Below are positions 18,636-28,299 of a DNA stretch of 64,000 nt, piece after piece. The position numbers and the translations under genes are program-made. Positions within the stretch are counted from its first letter, which is position 1. The number at the start of each line of letters is the position of its first letter. Origin of the DNA: an uncultured Myxococcales bacterium. Lineage in GTDB: Bacteria; Myxococcota_A; UBA9042; DTJE01. Under the pieces are notes generated by a model, which did no database searches, had not been told where the DNA came from, and saw nothing but the letters and a program-made list of their open reading frames with translations. The stretch lies in NCBI GenBank assembly GCA_903857665.1, contig CAIOFV010000098.1, positions 968-64,967 of the forward strand, given 5' to 3'.

Positions 18636-19373
18636 ATGGTCACCTGCGCAACACGCATCGCCCTGGTGCTTGCCCTGTCGCTTGCCGTGGCGTGCGGGAA
18701 ATCCAGGTCGTCCTCCGACGCGGGACCCGACGCCATCGCCGACACCCCCCTTGCCGAAATCGACTACGGGACCGAGGACGCTCCCGCCACGGATTCCGAA
18801 CTGCCGGCCGATGCGCTGGAGGATGGGACCTCCGACGCCCAGCCCTGCACGGCCGTCACCAGCGAATACGGCTTCCGCGACAACTGCGACGGCACGGTGA
18901 TCGACACCAAGACCGGCTGGGTCTGGGAAAAGTCCTTCCAGCAGGTGACCACGCTGCCGGAAGCGCAGAAGGCGTGCTCCGATGCCCGCACAGCGGGGAA
19001 GAACGACTGGCGCGTTCCGACCATCGACGAACTGCGCAGCCTGATCCTGGGCTGCCCCGCCTCAGCGCCCACGGGCGCCTGCCCGGTCCACGCCCTGGCG
19101 AACTGCACCGACGAAACGTGCCGCAACGCCACTTGCGACGGCTGCGGAAACGGCCAGGGCCCCGTCACGAATCCCCTGAAGCCTGCGTCGCACTGCTACA
19201 TGGACGCCTCCTTCGAGTGGTATTGCAACCTGTTCTGGTCCGGAACCCAGGTGAAGGCAAAGGTCACTGGCGACAAGCGGTCGTGGTACGTGACGTTCTA
19301 TGATGCACGCATCGACGTCCCCCCGACCATGCCGACCAGTTCGTCGGGCCTGCGTTGTGTCCGGGGACCGTGA
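18636..19373 (+). CDS. DUF1566 (Lcl C-terminal domain) Cys-rich lipoprotein
   Basis: Lipobox AVAC; RDNCDGTVIDTKTGWVWEK...DWRVPTIDELRSL...FWSGT...LRCVRG; own promoter TTGCGC-16-TACAAT (18577-18604). Confidence 0.85.
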   Translation: MVTCATRIALVLALSLAVACGKSRSSSDAGPDAIADTPLAEIDYGTEDAPATDSELPADALEDGTSDAQPCTAVTSEYGFRDNCDGTVIDTKTGWVWEKSFQQVTTLPEAQKACSDARTAGKNDWRVPTIDELRSLILGCPASAPTGACPVHALANCTDETCRNATCDGCGNGQGPVTNPLKPASHCYMDASFEWYCNLFWSGTQVKAKVTGDKRSWYVTFYDARIDVPPTMPTSSSGLRCVRGP

Positions 19374-19432
19374 ACCCGGCGGGCATCGACTCCTGCCGGG
19401 GTGACCTGCCGACTGCCGTGTGAATCAAGCCT

Positions 19433-21478
19433 CTACGCCTTGCCCCTCAGCCACGCCTCGGCCAGCAGCAGCAGCAGCCCGACCAGGAACGGAGGCAGCA
19501 GCGGCAGGCGGCGCGTGGTCGCAGCGGCCCCGGCATCGGGCCCGGACGCTGGCGTGCGCACCAGCACCGCGGGTGGCCCTCCCCCGTGACGCAGAACGCT
19601 TTCCTCGGGGTCCGGGTTCACCACGAACGCCTCCGACCTGACCGGTTCGGGTCGTCCCTTCCGGAAGAAGTCCACGATGTAGATGCCCGGCACCGCGGTC
19701 TTTTCAAACGCCGCCGAACCGGTCAGCGTCAGGGGGGTTCCCGACGGCGGACGCACGATGGCGCCGTCGGCATCGGGGGGGAACTCGACGAAACGCGGTT
19801 CCCCCACCCGCACCGCCCCCGCGGGCCTCTGCCCACCCGCGATCCGGAGGTAGGAGAAGGCCTTTCGAACGAAGGGGGCGAAGGCCGGCAGCAGCGGCAG
19901 ATCGGTCCAGTCCCGATCCAGGCTCGACAGCCAGGTCAGGACCGTCCCCCGGCCCACGCGACGCTCGACCAGCAGGGGCACGCCTCCTTCCAGGGACGCC
20001 ACCACCGATGAACCGACGCGCCACCCGTTTTCCAGCAGCAGCAGGTGCCCGACGTGAGCCTCGGTCAACAGGTCCGCGACACCGGCGACGGCCGGATGCG
20101 AAGCGTCCACACGGGCCAGGGACTTCCCGGCGGACGCGGCCGGGTTCCCGAGGTCCAGCACCGATCGCACCGGCGCCGGCAACAGGACGCCGAGGGTTGC
20201 GCTCCAGGCCTCCGGGTCGGCGTTGGACCCCGCCGCCAGGAACAGCCCCCCGCCGGACGCCACGAAGTCGGCCAGCGCACGGGCGCGATCCGGCGACAGC
20301 GTCCCCGGGTTCAACAGTCCGACCGTGCCCACGGCGGCCAGGTGCAGCGGCGACAGTTCGTCGTCCCGGACGGTGGTCACCACGAACCCCGGGTCGTCGT
20401 TCGACCGCAGGGACAAGGCTCGCGACACGAAATAGGCCCCGCTCTCGCCGTTCCTGCGGGACGGGTCCCCATCCACCAGCAGCACCGCGTCGCGGTCCTG
20501 GGGAGCGAGGGAGAACCAGCGGACGTCATCGTCGGCGAGATCGTCGGGAGGCAGGCGGGCCTCGCCCACGCGCACCCCTTCCGGGACCTCCAGAAGGAAC
20601 TCCTCGTCGCATCGACCCCCGGAGGGGCACTCGACGCGCCGCGCGGCGGCCGTCGCGCCGGCACGCACGGACAGAACCTCGCTCATCGGCTCGGCGGCCC
20701 CGTTCGCGACGACGACGCGAACGCGGACATGCCCCGGGGACAGGTCGGGCGCAGGCGTCGCGGAAACGTCCACGACGGCCCGATTGTGCAGCGGGCCCGT
20801 CGGGGCCACGTCCACGGGGACGACCTCGATGCCGGCGAGTTCCTCGGCCGAAGGGAGGCCTGCCACCGGGTTCTCGTGAAAATCCGAGATGACGACGACC
20901 CGCCGATCCCGCTGCGGGCTCCCCCGGACACGAGCCAAGGCCGCCCTGACTGCACCGCCCAGGTCGGTCCCGGCCCGCGAGGCCGACAACCCCTCCACGT
21001 ACCGGACGGCCCGCGCCGCATCCCAGCCGGACGCATCGTCCGGAACCACGATCGCCGGCCTTGTGGCCCGGACCACGAACACCACGGATTCCGCCGGCAG
21101 TTCCTTCAGGGCCCGCAACGCGGTCTCGCGACCGCGATCCCACGACGTCCCTCCGTCGCCTGCCAGCCGCATCGACATCGAATCGTCCAGCACGATCGCG
21201 GCAGCGATCGGGCGCTCGCCGGCTCCCCCGGCAGCCGGCACGTTCAGGTAGGGGCGCGCGAACAGGAGGGCGATCCCCGCGACGATGAGCGCCCGCAACG
21301 TCAGCAGGACCACGTGCACCAGCCGCAGGCGCCGGGTCTCGCCCTTGCCGTGCAGCACGAGGTGCATGACGGCGTCCAGGGGCACGACCGGGGCGGTACG
21401 TCGGAGGTACCAGTGCAGCAGCAGCGGCACCGCCACACCCAGCAGACCCAGCAGAAGCCACGGCGACTCGAACCCCAC
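19433..21478 (-). CDS. BatA-domain / VWA membrane protein
   Basis: N-terminal BatA double TM (F.SPW.L.GL...PLLLH...LR.L......FARP), MIDAS LDDSMSM...ISD, C-terminal TM (LLLAEAWL). Confidence 0.85.
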   Translation of the reverse strand: MGFESPWLLLGLLGVAVPLLLHWYLRRTAPVVPLDAVMHLVLHGKGETRRLRLVHVVLLTLRALIVAGIALLFARPYLNVPAAGGAGERPIAAAIVLDDSMSMRLAGDGGTSWDRGRETALRALKELPAESVVFVVRATRPAIVVPDDASGWDAARAVRYVEGLSASRAGTDLGGAVRAALARVRGSPQRDRRVVVISDFHENPVAGLPSAEELAGIEVVPVDVAPTGPLHNRAVVDVSATPAPDLSPGHVRVRVVVANGAAEPMSEVLSVRAGATAAARRVECPSGGRCDEEFLLEVPEGVRVGEARLPPDDLADDDVRWFSLAPQDRDAVLLVDGDPSRRNGESGAYFVSRALSLRSNDDPGFVVTTVRDDELSPLHLAAVGTVGLLNPGTLSPDRARALADFVASGGGLFLAAGSNADPEAWSATLGVLLPAPVRSVLDLGNPAASAGKSLARVDASHPAVAGVADLLTEAHVGHLLLLENGWRVGSSVVASLEGGVPLLVERRVGRGTVLTWLSSLDRDWTDLPLLPAFAPFVRKAFSYLRIAGGQRPAGAVRVGEPRFVEFPPDADGAIVRPPSGTPLTLTGSAAFEKTAVPGIYIVDFFRKGRPEPVRSEAFVVNPDPEESVLRHGGGPPAVLVRTPASGPDAGAAATTRRLPLLPPFLVGLLLLLAEAWLRGKA

Positions 21479-21487
21479 GCCCCGCTC

Positions 21488-22396
21488 CTAGATGGTCCGC
21501 CGACGCCGGCCGGCCTCCACCGAATGGATGATTCCCGCCACCTCGACATGGGGGGTCTGCAGCATCGGCACCGGGCAATAGAACACCCTGGCATCGTGGC
21601 ACGCCGAGCGCACGGCGACTACGAACGCCTCGACCGCCTGGAGGTACTTCCGCCTCAGCGCGCGGGCGTCCAGAAGCGCGGTTTCGCCGGTCTCCTCGCT
21701 GCGGAAGACCACGGCCCCCTGGAACGGGAAGGTCCGCTCGTCCTGGGAAAGGATGTGCAGCAGCATCACCGCGTGGCCCCGGGACGCCAGCATCCCCAGG
21801 GTGTCCACCACCGGCACGAAGTCGGTCAGCAGATCGCTGGCCAGCACCACCACGCCCTTTCGCCGGGCCCGGCCCAGCACCTCCTGCATCGCCGAGTGGA
21901 GGACCGTCGCACCCGCCGGTCGGGTTCCCGAAAGGACGCCCAGGATTTCCGACAGGTGCGACGGAACGCTGCGGGCGGCGCACGAGCGCTGGCGAAGGGC
22001 CGACGCGATGGTCACCCCCACCTCGTCCCCCTGGCGCAGCAGCACGTAGGCCAGCCCGGCCAGGATCGACGCCGCGTGCAGGTATTTTCCCCCCGGCAGC
22101 GGGGATGCCATGGACCCGGAGGCGTCCAGCACCAGGTGCGCCGTCAGGTTCGTTTCGTCGAGGTAGCGCCGCACGTACAGTTTGTCCGTGCGGGCGAACA
22201 CCTTCCAGTCGATTCCGCGCGGGTCGTCCCCGAAGGCATAGCCCTTCAGGTCCGAAAATTCGAGGCTCTGGCCCAGGTGCGACGAGGCATGAACGCCCGA
22301 AACGCGCCCCTCGGCCGCGATCCCCGGCCGAAACTGGAGCCCGCCCAGGGCCGTGCGGGCCTCCTCGGGGAGCAGGCGCGAGCCGCCGTCACCCAT
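21488..22396 (-). CDS. DUF58 family VWA protein
   Basis: G.H.S...G.SLEFSD...Y..GDDPRGIDWKVFARTDKLYVRRY, LDASGSM. Confidence 0.92.
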   Translation of the reverse strand: MGDGGSRLLPEEARTALGGLQFRPGIAAEGRVSGVHASSHLGQSLEFSDLKGYAFGDDPRGIDWKVFARTDKLYVRRYLDETNLTAHLVLDASGSMASPLPGGKYLHAASILAGLAYVLLRQGDEVGVTIASALRQRSCAARSVPSHLSEILGVLSGTRPAGATVLHSAMQEVLGRARRKGVVVLASDLLTDFVPVVDTLGMLASRGHAVMLLHILSQDERTFPFQGAVVFRSEETGETALLDARALRRKYLQAVEAFVVAVRSACHDARVFYCPVPMLQTPHVEVAGIIHSVEAGRRRRTI

Positions 22397-22403
22397 GGCG
22401 GGA

Positions 22404-23408
<1,005 letters not shown>

Positions 23409-23410
23409 GA

Positions 23411-24943
23411 TCACCTCCAAGCGCCCGCCAGGCGCTGCTCCCGCTCGGCGAGGTCGGCCCGTCCCGTGGCGCCGTACACCCTCGCCAGGGCCTCGTGGGT
23501 ATCGGGATCCCACGGGTCCGTCCGTACCGCGATGCGCAGCGGCGCCTCCGCCGCTGCGAACTGTCCCGATCGCGCCAGGGCCCGACCGCGCTGGAGGGCC
23601 ACGTACGCGAATTCTTCCTCGTCGATCCCGGCCGCGTCCAGCGTGGATTCGGCGGACTGAGGATCCCCGGCGTCCACCAGCGCTGCGGCGAGCCTCGCCA
23701 CGATTTCCGGGTGGGGGGGCTGCGACGCACCCAGCACGATCCGGTACTTTTCCGCCGCGGCGCCCGGACGCCCCGACAGCCGCAACAGGTCGCCCAGCCG
23801 GAACTGCGCCGCCGCGTCGGGGGCCATTTCGGGCAGCGGATCGCCGGCCGTCTCCATCAGCAGCGTGCCTCGTGCCCTGGCGCCGGAGGCCTCCCCCGGC
23901 ATGCCGTCGCGGACCAGGGAACCGATCCAGTCGGACCGCAATTCTTCCAGCGTGTGCCCTGTCGCCCGCAGCACCGCTACGGCCTCGTCGCCCGCGTTCA
24001 ATTCGTCCAGCAGGCGCGGCAGGATCTGCGGCCCCTGGACCTTCGCGAGCCACGTCACGAACGACGCCAGTTCGGCAAACGCCAGCGCGGTGTCCTCGGG
24101 CCGCTGCATCCGGGACAGCGACGCCCCGAAGGACGAAAACGGAAGCAGTCGCCCCCGGACCACCGCGTCGGCCAGCAACTGCTGCAACGTGCGGTGGACC
24201 TGGCCCAGCGGCGCGCCGCGCCACGTCAACTCCAGGGCCTTGGCGGTCCCCTCCTGCAGCCACAGCGGCACGCGGTCGCCGGCCCGGATCGTCAGAAAAT
24301 AGTGGACCAGTTCGTGCGCCACGGTATCTGCGTAGGGATACCCGCGGGGCATTCGCGACGGCGACACCAGCGCGATGCGGTTGAAGGCGCAGGTGGCCAC
24401 GGCGCCCGAGGCATCCAGTTGGGCCCTCGAAAGCCCGGTCACGGCCGAAAGATCCTCGAACGTGGGCAGCAGCAGGATCCGGACGGGCGTGGGCACCGTC
24501 ATCGCCAGGCGCCGCGCCAGGTCGTCGAACGCCGCGTCGGCCGCTTCCATCAGGTAGGGCAGGACCGCCTCGTCGGGGCCCGGTCGGTAGGCCACCTCGA
24601 ACCGTCCGCTGGGCGACATGGCCATCGCGAGATCCTTGGTGGCGTCCCGGGTGCCCTTCGCGACGGCTCGGAGGCGCGAAGCATCCGGGCCGGTCCCCCT
24701 GGACAAGGTATCCTCGGCCCGGGCCGGCTCGCCCTCCAGCAGCAGCAGCGTCCCCCACAGAAGGGGCAGATCGCGCCGGGGGACGCCGTCCAGCCCCTTC
24801 AGAAGCATCGCGCGCGCGCCACGAACGTCCCACGCCGACAGGGCGGCAGCCAACCGGGAACCGTCGTTGGCGCGGGTCATGGGGCTCGACAAGAGGACGC
24901 CAAGGAAGGCCAGCAGCGCGATGCGGGGGGTCCGGGGGCTCAT
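23411..24943 (-). CDS. Secreted peptidase MA-like zinc metalloprotease with TPRs
   Basis: Signal peptide; HELVH...PLWLQEG gluzincin motif; C-terminal TPR-like helices. Confidence 0.78.
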   Translation of the reverse strand: MSPRTPRIALLAFLGVLLSSPMTRANDGSRLAAALSAWDVRGARAMLLKGLDGVPRRDLPLLWGTLLLLEGEPARAEDTLSRGTGPDASRLRAVAKGTRDATKDLAMAMSPSGRFEVAYRPGPDEAVLPYLMEAADAAFDDLARRLAMTVPTPVRILLLPTFEDLSAVTGLSRAQLDASGAVATCAFNRIALVSPSRMPRGYPYADTVAHELVHYFLTIRAGDRVPLWLQEGTAKALELTWRGAPLGQVHRTLQQLLADAVVRGRLLPFSSFGASLSRMQRPEDTALAFAELASFVTWLAKVQGPQILPRLLDELNAGDEAVAVLRATGHTLEELRSDWIGSLVRDGMPGEASGARARGTLLMETAGDPLPEMAPDAAAQFRLGDLLRLSGRPGAAAEKYRIVLGASQPPHPEIVARLAAALVDAGDPQSAESTLDAAGIDEEEFAYVALQRGRALARSGQFAAAEAPLRIAVRTDPWDPDTHEALARVYGATGRADLAEREQRLAGAWR

Positions 24944-25029
24944 CACGGCGCTCACTCTGAAGCCAATCGGCCTGGATTGCAAGCGAGGTCGCTATGCTAC
25001 AATTCGCCAGGCTGCCTGTCGAGGGACCC

Positions 25030-25683
25030 TTGGGACCCCGAGCCCCCACCAAGAGGAACGCGGATCGATCGAAGGGCCGCTCCCGGCCGGACGCGAAGGA
25101 TCCGACGGGGCTGGACGAGACCCTGCGGCAGCGGTACGCCCGCTTCGGCACGGCCCTGCTGTCGGACGACTCCCCGCGGCGCATGGACCCGACCCTGCGG
25201 ACCGAAATGGAAACGATCACCGGCGCGGACCTGTCGGAGGTCCGCATCCACACCGGCGGCGAGGCCCGCCAGATGGCGTCGTCGATGGGCGCGCGGGCCT
25301 TCGCGTCCGGGCCTTCCGACGTGTTCTTCGCGCGGGACCAGTTCAACCCTTCGACGCCGCAAGGCAAGTCCTTGCTGGCCCACGAGTTGACCCACGTCGC
25401 CGAGGGCGAAAGCGGGCTGGCGACCGAACCGCGACTGCCCGAACGCGACGAACTGGAGGTGCGGGCCCGCCGCGTCGAGGAGATGGTCCTCGCAAAGGAG
25501 CAGGCACCGCCGGCCGAGCCCAAGAAGGAACCGGTGGCGCTGGATCTGCTCGGCGGCCAGGTCGCGGCTCCGTCGGGCGCCGCCAAGGCGGTCCAGGTCG
25601 ACAAGGCGGCACTGGAAGAAAAGGTCTGGAAGCTGCTGGATCGCGAAATGAAGCGCCAGCGCGAGCGGACCGGGCAATCCTGA
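25030..25683 (+). CDS. DUF4157 (eCIS core domain) protein
   Basis: ME...GADLSEVRIHT...GARAFA.G.DVFF...F.P....G..LLAHELTHV. Start uncertain: ATG 24994 lies inside the TGCTACAAT -10, so TTG 25030 after GAGGGA is preferred. Confidence 0.82.
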   Translation: MGPRAPTKRNADRSKGRSRPDAKDPTGLDETLRQRYARFGTALLSDDSPRRMDPTLRTEMETITGADLSEVRIHTGGEARQMASSMGARAFASGPSDVFFARDQFNPSTPQGKSLLAHELTHVAEGESGLATEPRLPERDELEVRARRVEEMVLAKEQAPPAEPKKEPVALDLLGGQVAAPSGAAKAVQVDKAALEEKVWKLLDREMKRQRERTGQS

Positions 25684-25750
25684 ACGCCGCATTGCGCCGC
25701 GACTGCCCAGTTGCTATCTTGTGCCGCGACTTTGCGAGGCCACCGCCCCG

Positions 25751-27367
25751 ATGCTGAAGTTCCTGCTGTTTCTTGGCGGCCTGATCTTCTTCCACGAACT
25801 GGGCCACTTCCTCGCGGCACGACTGGTGGGCGTGACGGTGCTGCGGTTCTCGGTCGGGTTCGGGCCGAAACTCCTGGGGTTCAAGCGCGGCGTCACCGAG
25901 TACTGGCTGTCCGCCGTTCCGCTGGGCGGGTACGTCAAGTTCTTCGGTGACGACCCCGAAAACCCGCCCCCCGGCGAGGATGCGAAAAGGGGCTTCCTGA
26001 CCACCGACCTGTGGCGCAAGACGCTGATCGTCATCGCGGGCCCTTTGTTCAACCTGGTCCTGCCGCTGCTGATCTTCCTCCCGATGCACGCGCTGGAGCC
26101 GACCCTGCTGCCGTCGGTCATCGGGACCGTCGCCGTGGACGAGCCGGCCTGGAAGGCGGGCATCCGCCCGGGTGACCGCGTGACGGGCGTGGGCGACCGC
26201 GACATCACGTACTGGTGGGAACTGGTGGACGCCGTTTCCGCCTCGCCGGGCCAGCCGATCGAAATGCGCATCGATCGCGACGGCACCCCGAAGGCCCTGA
26301 CGGTCACACCCAAGGTGGTGGCGCTGGCGGGGTTCAAGGAACTGGGCCTGGAAAGCACGGTGGGACGCATCGAGGTTGCGCCCGAGCGGACCCTGCCGCT
26401 GGTGGTGGTCGCGAAGGGCAGCCCTGCGGAGGCCGCGGGCCTGAAGGATTTCGACGCGGTGCTGGCCGTGGACGGTCGCGATGCGCGCTCCTATGACGAC
26501 GTCGCCGCCGCGCTGGAGGCCGCCGGCGATCGGGCGGTCCGGTTGACCGTCGCGGCCACGAAGCCCGACGACTCCCGGCCCGAGGAATCGCGGCAGATCA
26601 CCCTGGGTCCCCTGGGCGCGGGCGTGCCTGCCGGGGTCCGCGAAGGCGCCCTGCAACTGGCGGCCGTCGAAGCGGGCACGCCGGCTGACCGCGCGGGCCT
26701 GAAGGCGGGCGACCGCATCGTGTCGATGGACGGCGCGACCTTCTCGGACTGGGCCTTCCTGGTCCAGGCCCTCGCGCGGGACCCGTCGCTGTCGCGCCGC
26801 CTGGAAATCGACCGGGACGGGACCGCCCTCGAAGTGACCCTGTCCCTCGCGAACCCCGCCTGGGAACCGGGCGCGGCCGTCCCGAAATATGTCCCCACCG
26901 GCGCGTCGTGCCGTCGCGCGGCCGTGGAGCCCGAGGCCATCCCGAACAACGATCGCCTGCGCTACGCCTGGCACCGGTCCTTCGACCGGACCCGCGAAAT
27001 CATGGTCGTCACCGCCGCGGGCATCGCCGGCCTGCTGACCGGCAAGGTGTCGGTCCGCGAGATGGGCGGCCCCATCATGATCTACGACATCGCGTCCTCG
27101 TCCCGCGGCGTCGAGGACTTCCTCGGGAGGCTGGCATGGCTGTCGATGAGCCTGGGCCTCCTGAACCTTCTGCCGATCCCGGTGCTGGATGGCGGCCACC
27201 TGCTGATCTTCGGGATCGAGGTCGTCCGGCGGCGGCCCGTCGGGCTTCGGGGGCGCCAGATCGCGTCGTGGTTCGGCCTCGCGTTCCTGCTGGCCCTCAT
27301 GGTCGTGGTGTTCGCCAACGATATCGAACGGAAATGGGGTGTCCTGTCGCGGTTCTCCGGGCAGTAG
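25751..27367 (+). CDS. rseP: RIP metalloprotease RseP (M50) with multiple PDZ domains
   Basis: HELGH, FSVGFGP, PLGGYVKF, AGPLFN, NLLPIPVLDGGH; three PDZ-like PA..AG...GD segments. Confidence 0.94.
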   Translation: MLKFLLFLGGLIFFHELGHFLAARLVGVTVLRFSVGFGPKLLGFKRGVTEYWLSAVPLGGYVKFFGDDPENPPPGEDAKRGFLTTDLWRKTLIVIAGPLFNLVLPLLIFLPMHALEPTLLPSVIGTVAVDEPAWKAGIRPGDRVTGVGDRDITYWWELVDAVSASPGQPIEMRIDRDGTPKALTVTPKVVALAGFKELGLESTVGRIEVAPERTLPLVVVAKGSPAEAAGLKDFDAVLAVDGRDARSYDDVAAALEAAGDRAVRLTVAATKPDDSRPEESRQITLGPLGAGVPAGVREGALQLAAVEAGTPADRAGLKAGDRIVSMDGATFSDWAFLVQALARDPSLSRRLEIDRDGTALEVTLSLANPAWEPGAAVPKYVPTGASCRRAAVEPEAIPNNDRLRYAWHRSFDRTREIMVVTAAGIAGLLTGKVSVREMGGPIMIYDIASSSRGVEDFLGRLAWLSMSLGLLNLLPIPVLDGGHLLIFGIEVVRRRPVGLRGRQIASWFGLAFLLALMVVVFANDIERKWGVLSRFSGQ

Positions 27368-27419
27368 CCCGGCTGCATCGCGCCGCGCCGACAAGGCCCG
27401 GCGACCAGGGAGCATCGGA

Positions 27420-28160
27420 ATGAAGGCGGTCGAAAGGGCCCATCCGGTCGTGCTGGCGTGCGACACATCGACCACGGTGGGTTCCGTCGCCCTCGTCGAG
27501 GGTGATCGTGTGACCGCCGAACTGGTCCTGCAGTCCCCCGGCAGCACCAGCCGACGCCTGGTGGGCGACGTGCGCGATCTTCTGGCGGCCCGCGGCCTGG
27601 CGCCCTCGGACCTCGATCTCCTGGTGGCTTCCACCGGCCCCGGTTCGTTCACCGGCGTGCGGATCACGCTGGCCGCCATGAAGGGACTGGCCTTTGCCCT
27701 CGACAAGCCCCTCGTCGGCGTCCCGTCGCTGGACGCCCTGGCCAGGCCCCTGCTGGGTCGCGGCGCGGCGATCCTGGCCGCCCTGGACGCCCGGCGCTCC
27801 GAGGTCTACGCCGCCGGGTATGCGCCCGATGGCACGCCTGTCGTCGCCCCCGCGGCCCTCTCGCCGCAGGCGGCAGCCGAGGCGTTGCGGGTCGCGTGCC
27901 CCGACCTGCCGATCCTGGGGGTCGGCGAGGGCATCCTGGCCTATCGCGACGTGCTGGTCGGCATCCTCGGGGATCGCCTGCAGATCGCCGCGGCCCCGGA
28001 GCACTCGATCCGGGCGTCGGTGCTGGTGCAGATCGCCCTGGAACGCCACCTGGCGCCGACGGACGTCGCCGCCATCGAACCGCAGTACCTGCGACGGTCG
28101 GAGGCCGAGGTCAAGAAGACGCTGGCCGACGCGGAGCGGTTGCAGGCCGGCCCCGCCTGA
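27420..28160 (+). CDS. tsaB: tRNA t6A biosynthesis protein TsaB
   Basis: LACDTST, GPGSFTGVRI, LDARRSEVY, EPQYLRRSEAE. Confidence 0.93.
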   Translation: MKAVERAHPVVLACDTSTTVGSVALVEGDRVTAELVLQSPGSTSRRLVGDVRDLLAARGLAPSDLDLLVASTGPGSFTGVRITLAAMKGLAFALDKPLVGVPSLDALARPLLGRGAAILAALDARRSEVYAAGYAPDGTPVVAPAALSPQAAAEALRVACPDLPILGVGEGILAYRDVLVGILGDRLQIAAAPEHSIRASVLVQIALERHLAPTDVAAIEPQYLRRSEAEVKKTLADAERLQAGPA

Positions 28161-28299
28161 CGCCCCCGCACGCCCTCTCCTTCCCCGCCCTCCCGATTCG
28201 GTATCCGGACCGCTCTTCTCCAGTTCTGATGCGCACGCGCCTTTCTCTGTCCCTTTTTCCCGCGCCCTTGATATCCTCCGCGCCGACAGGAGGTGCCTC

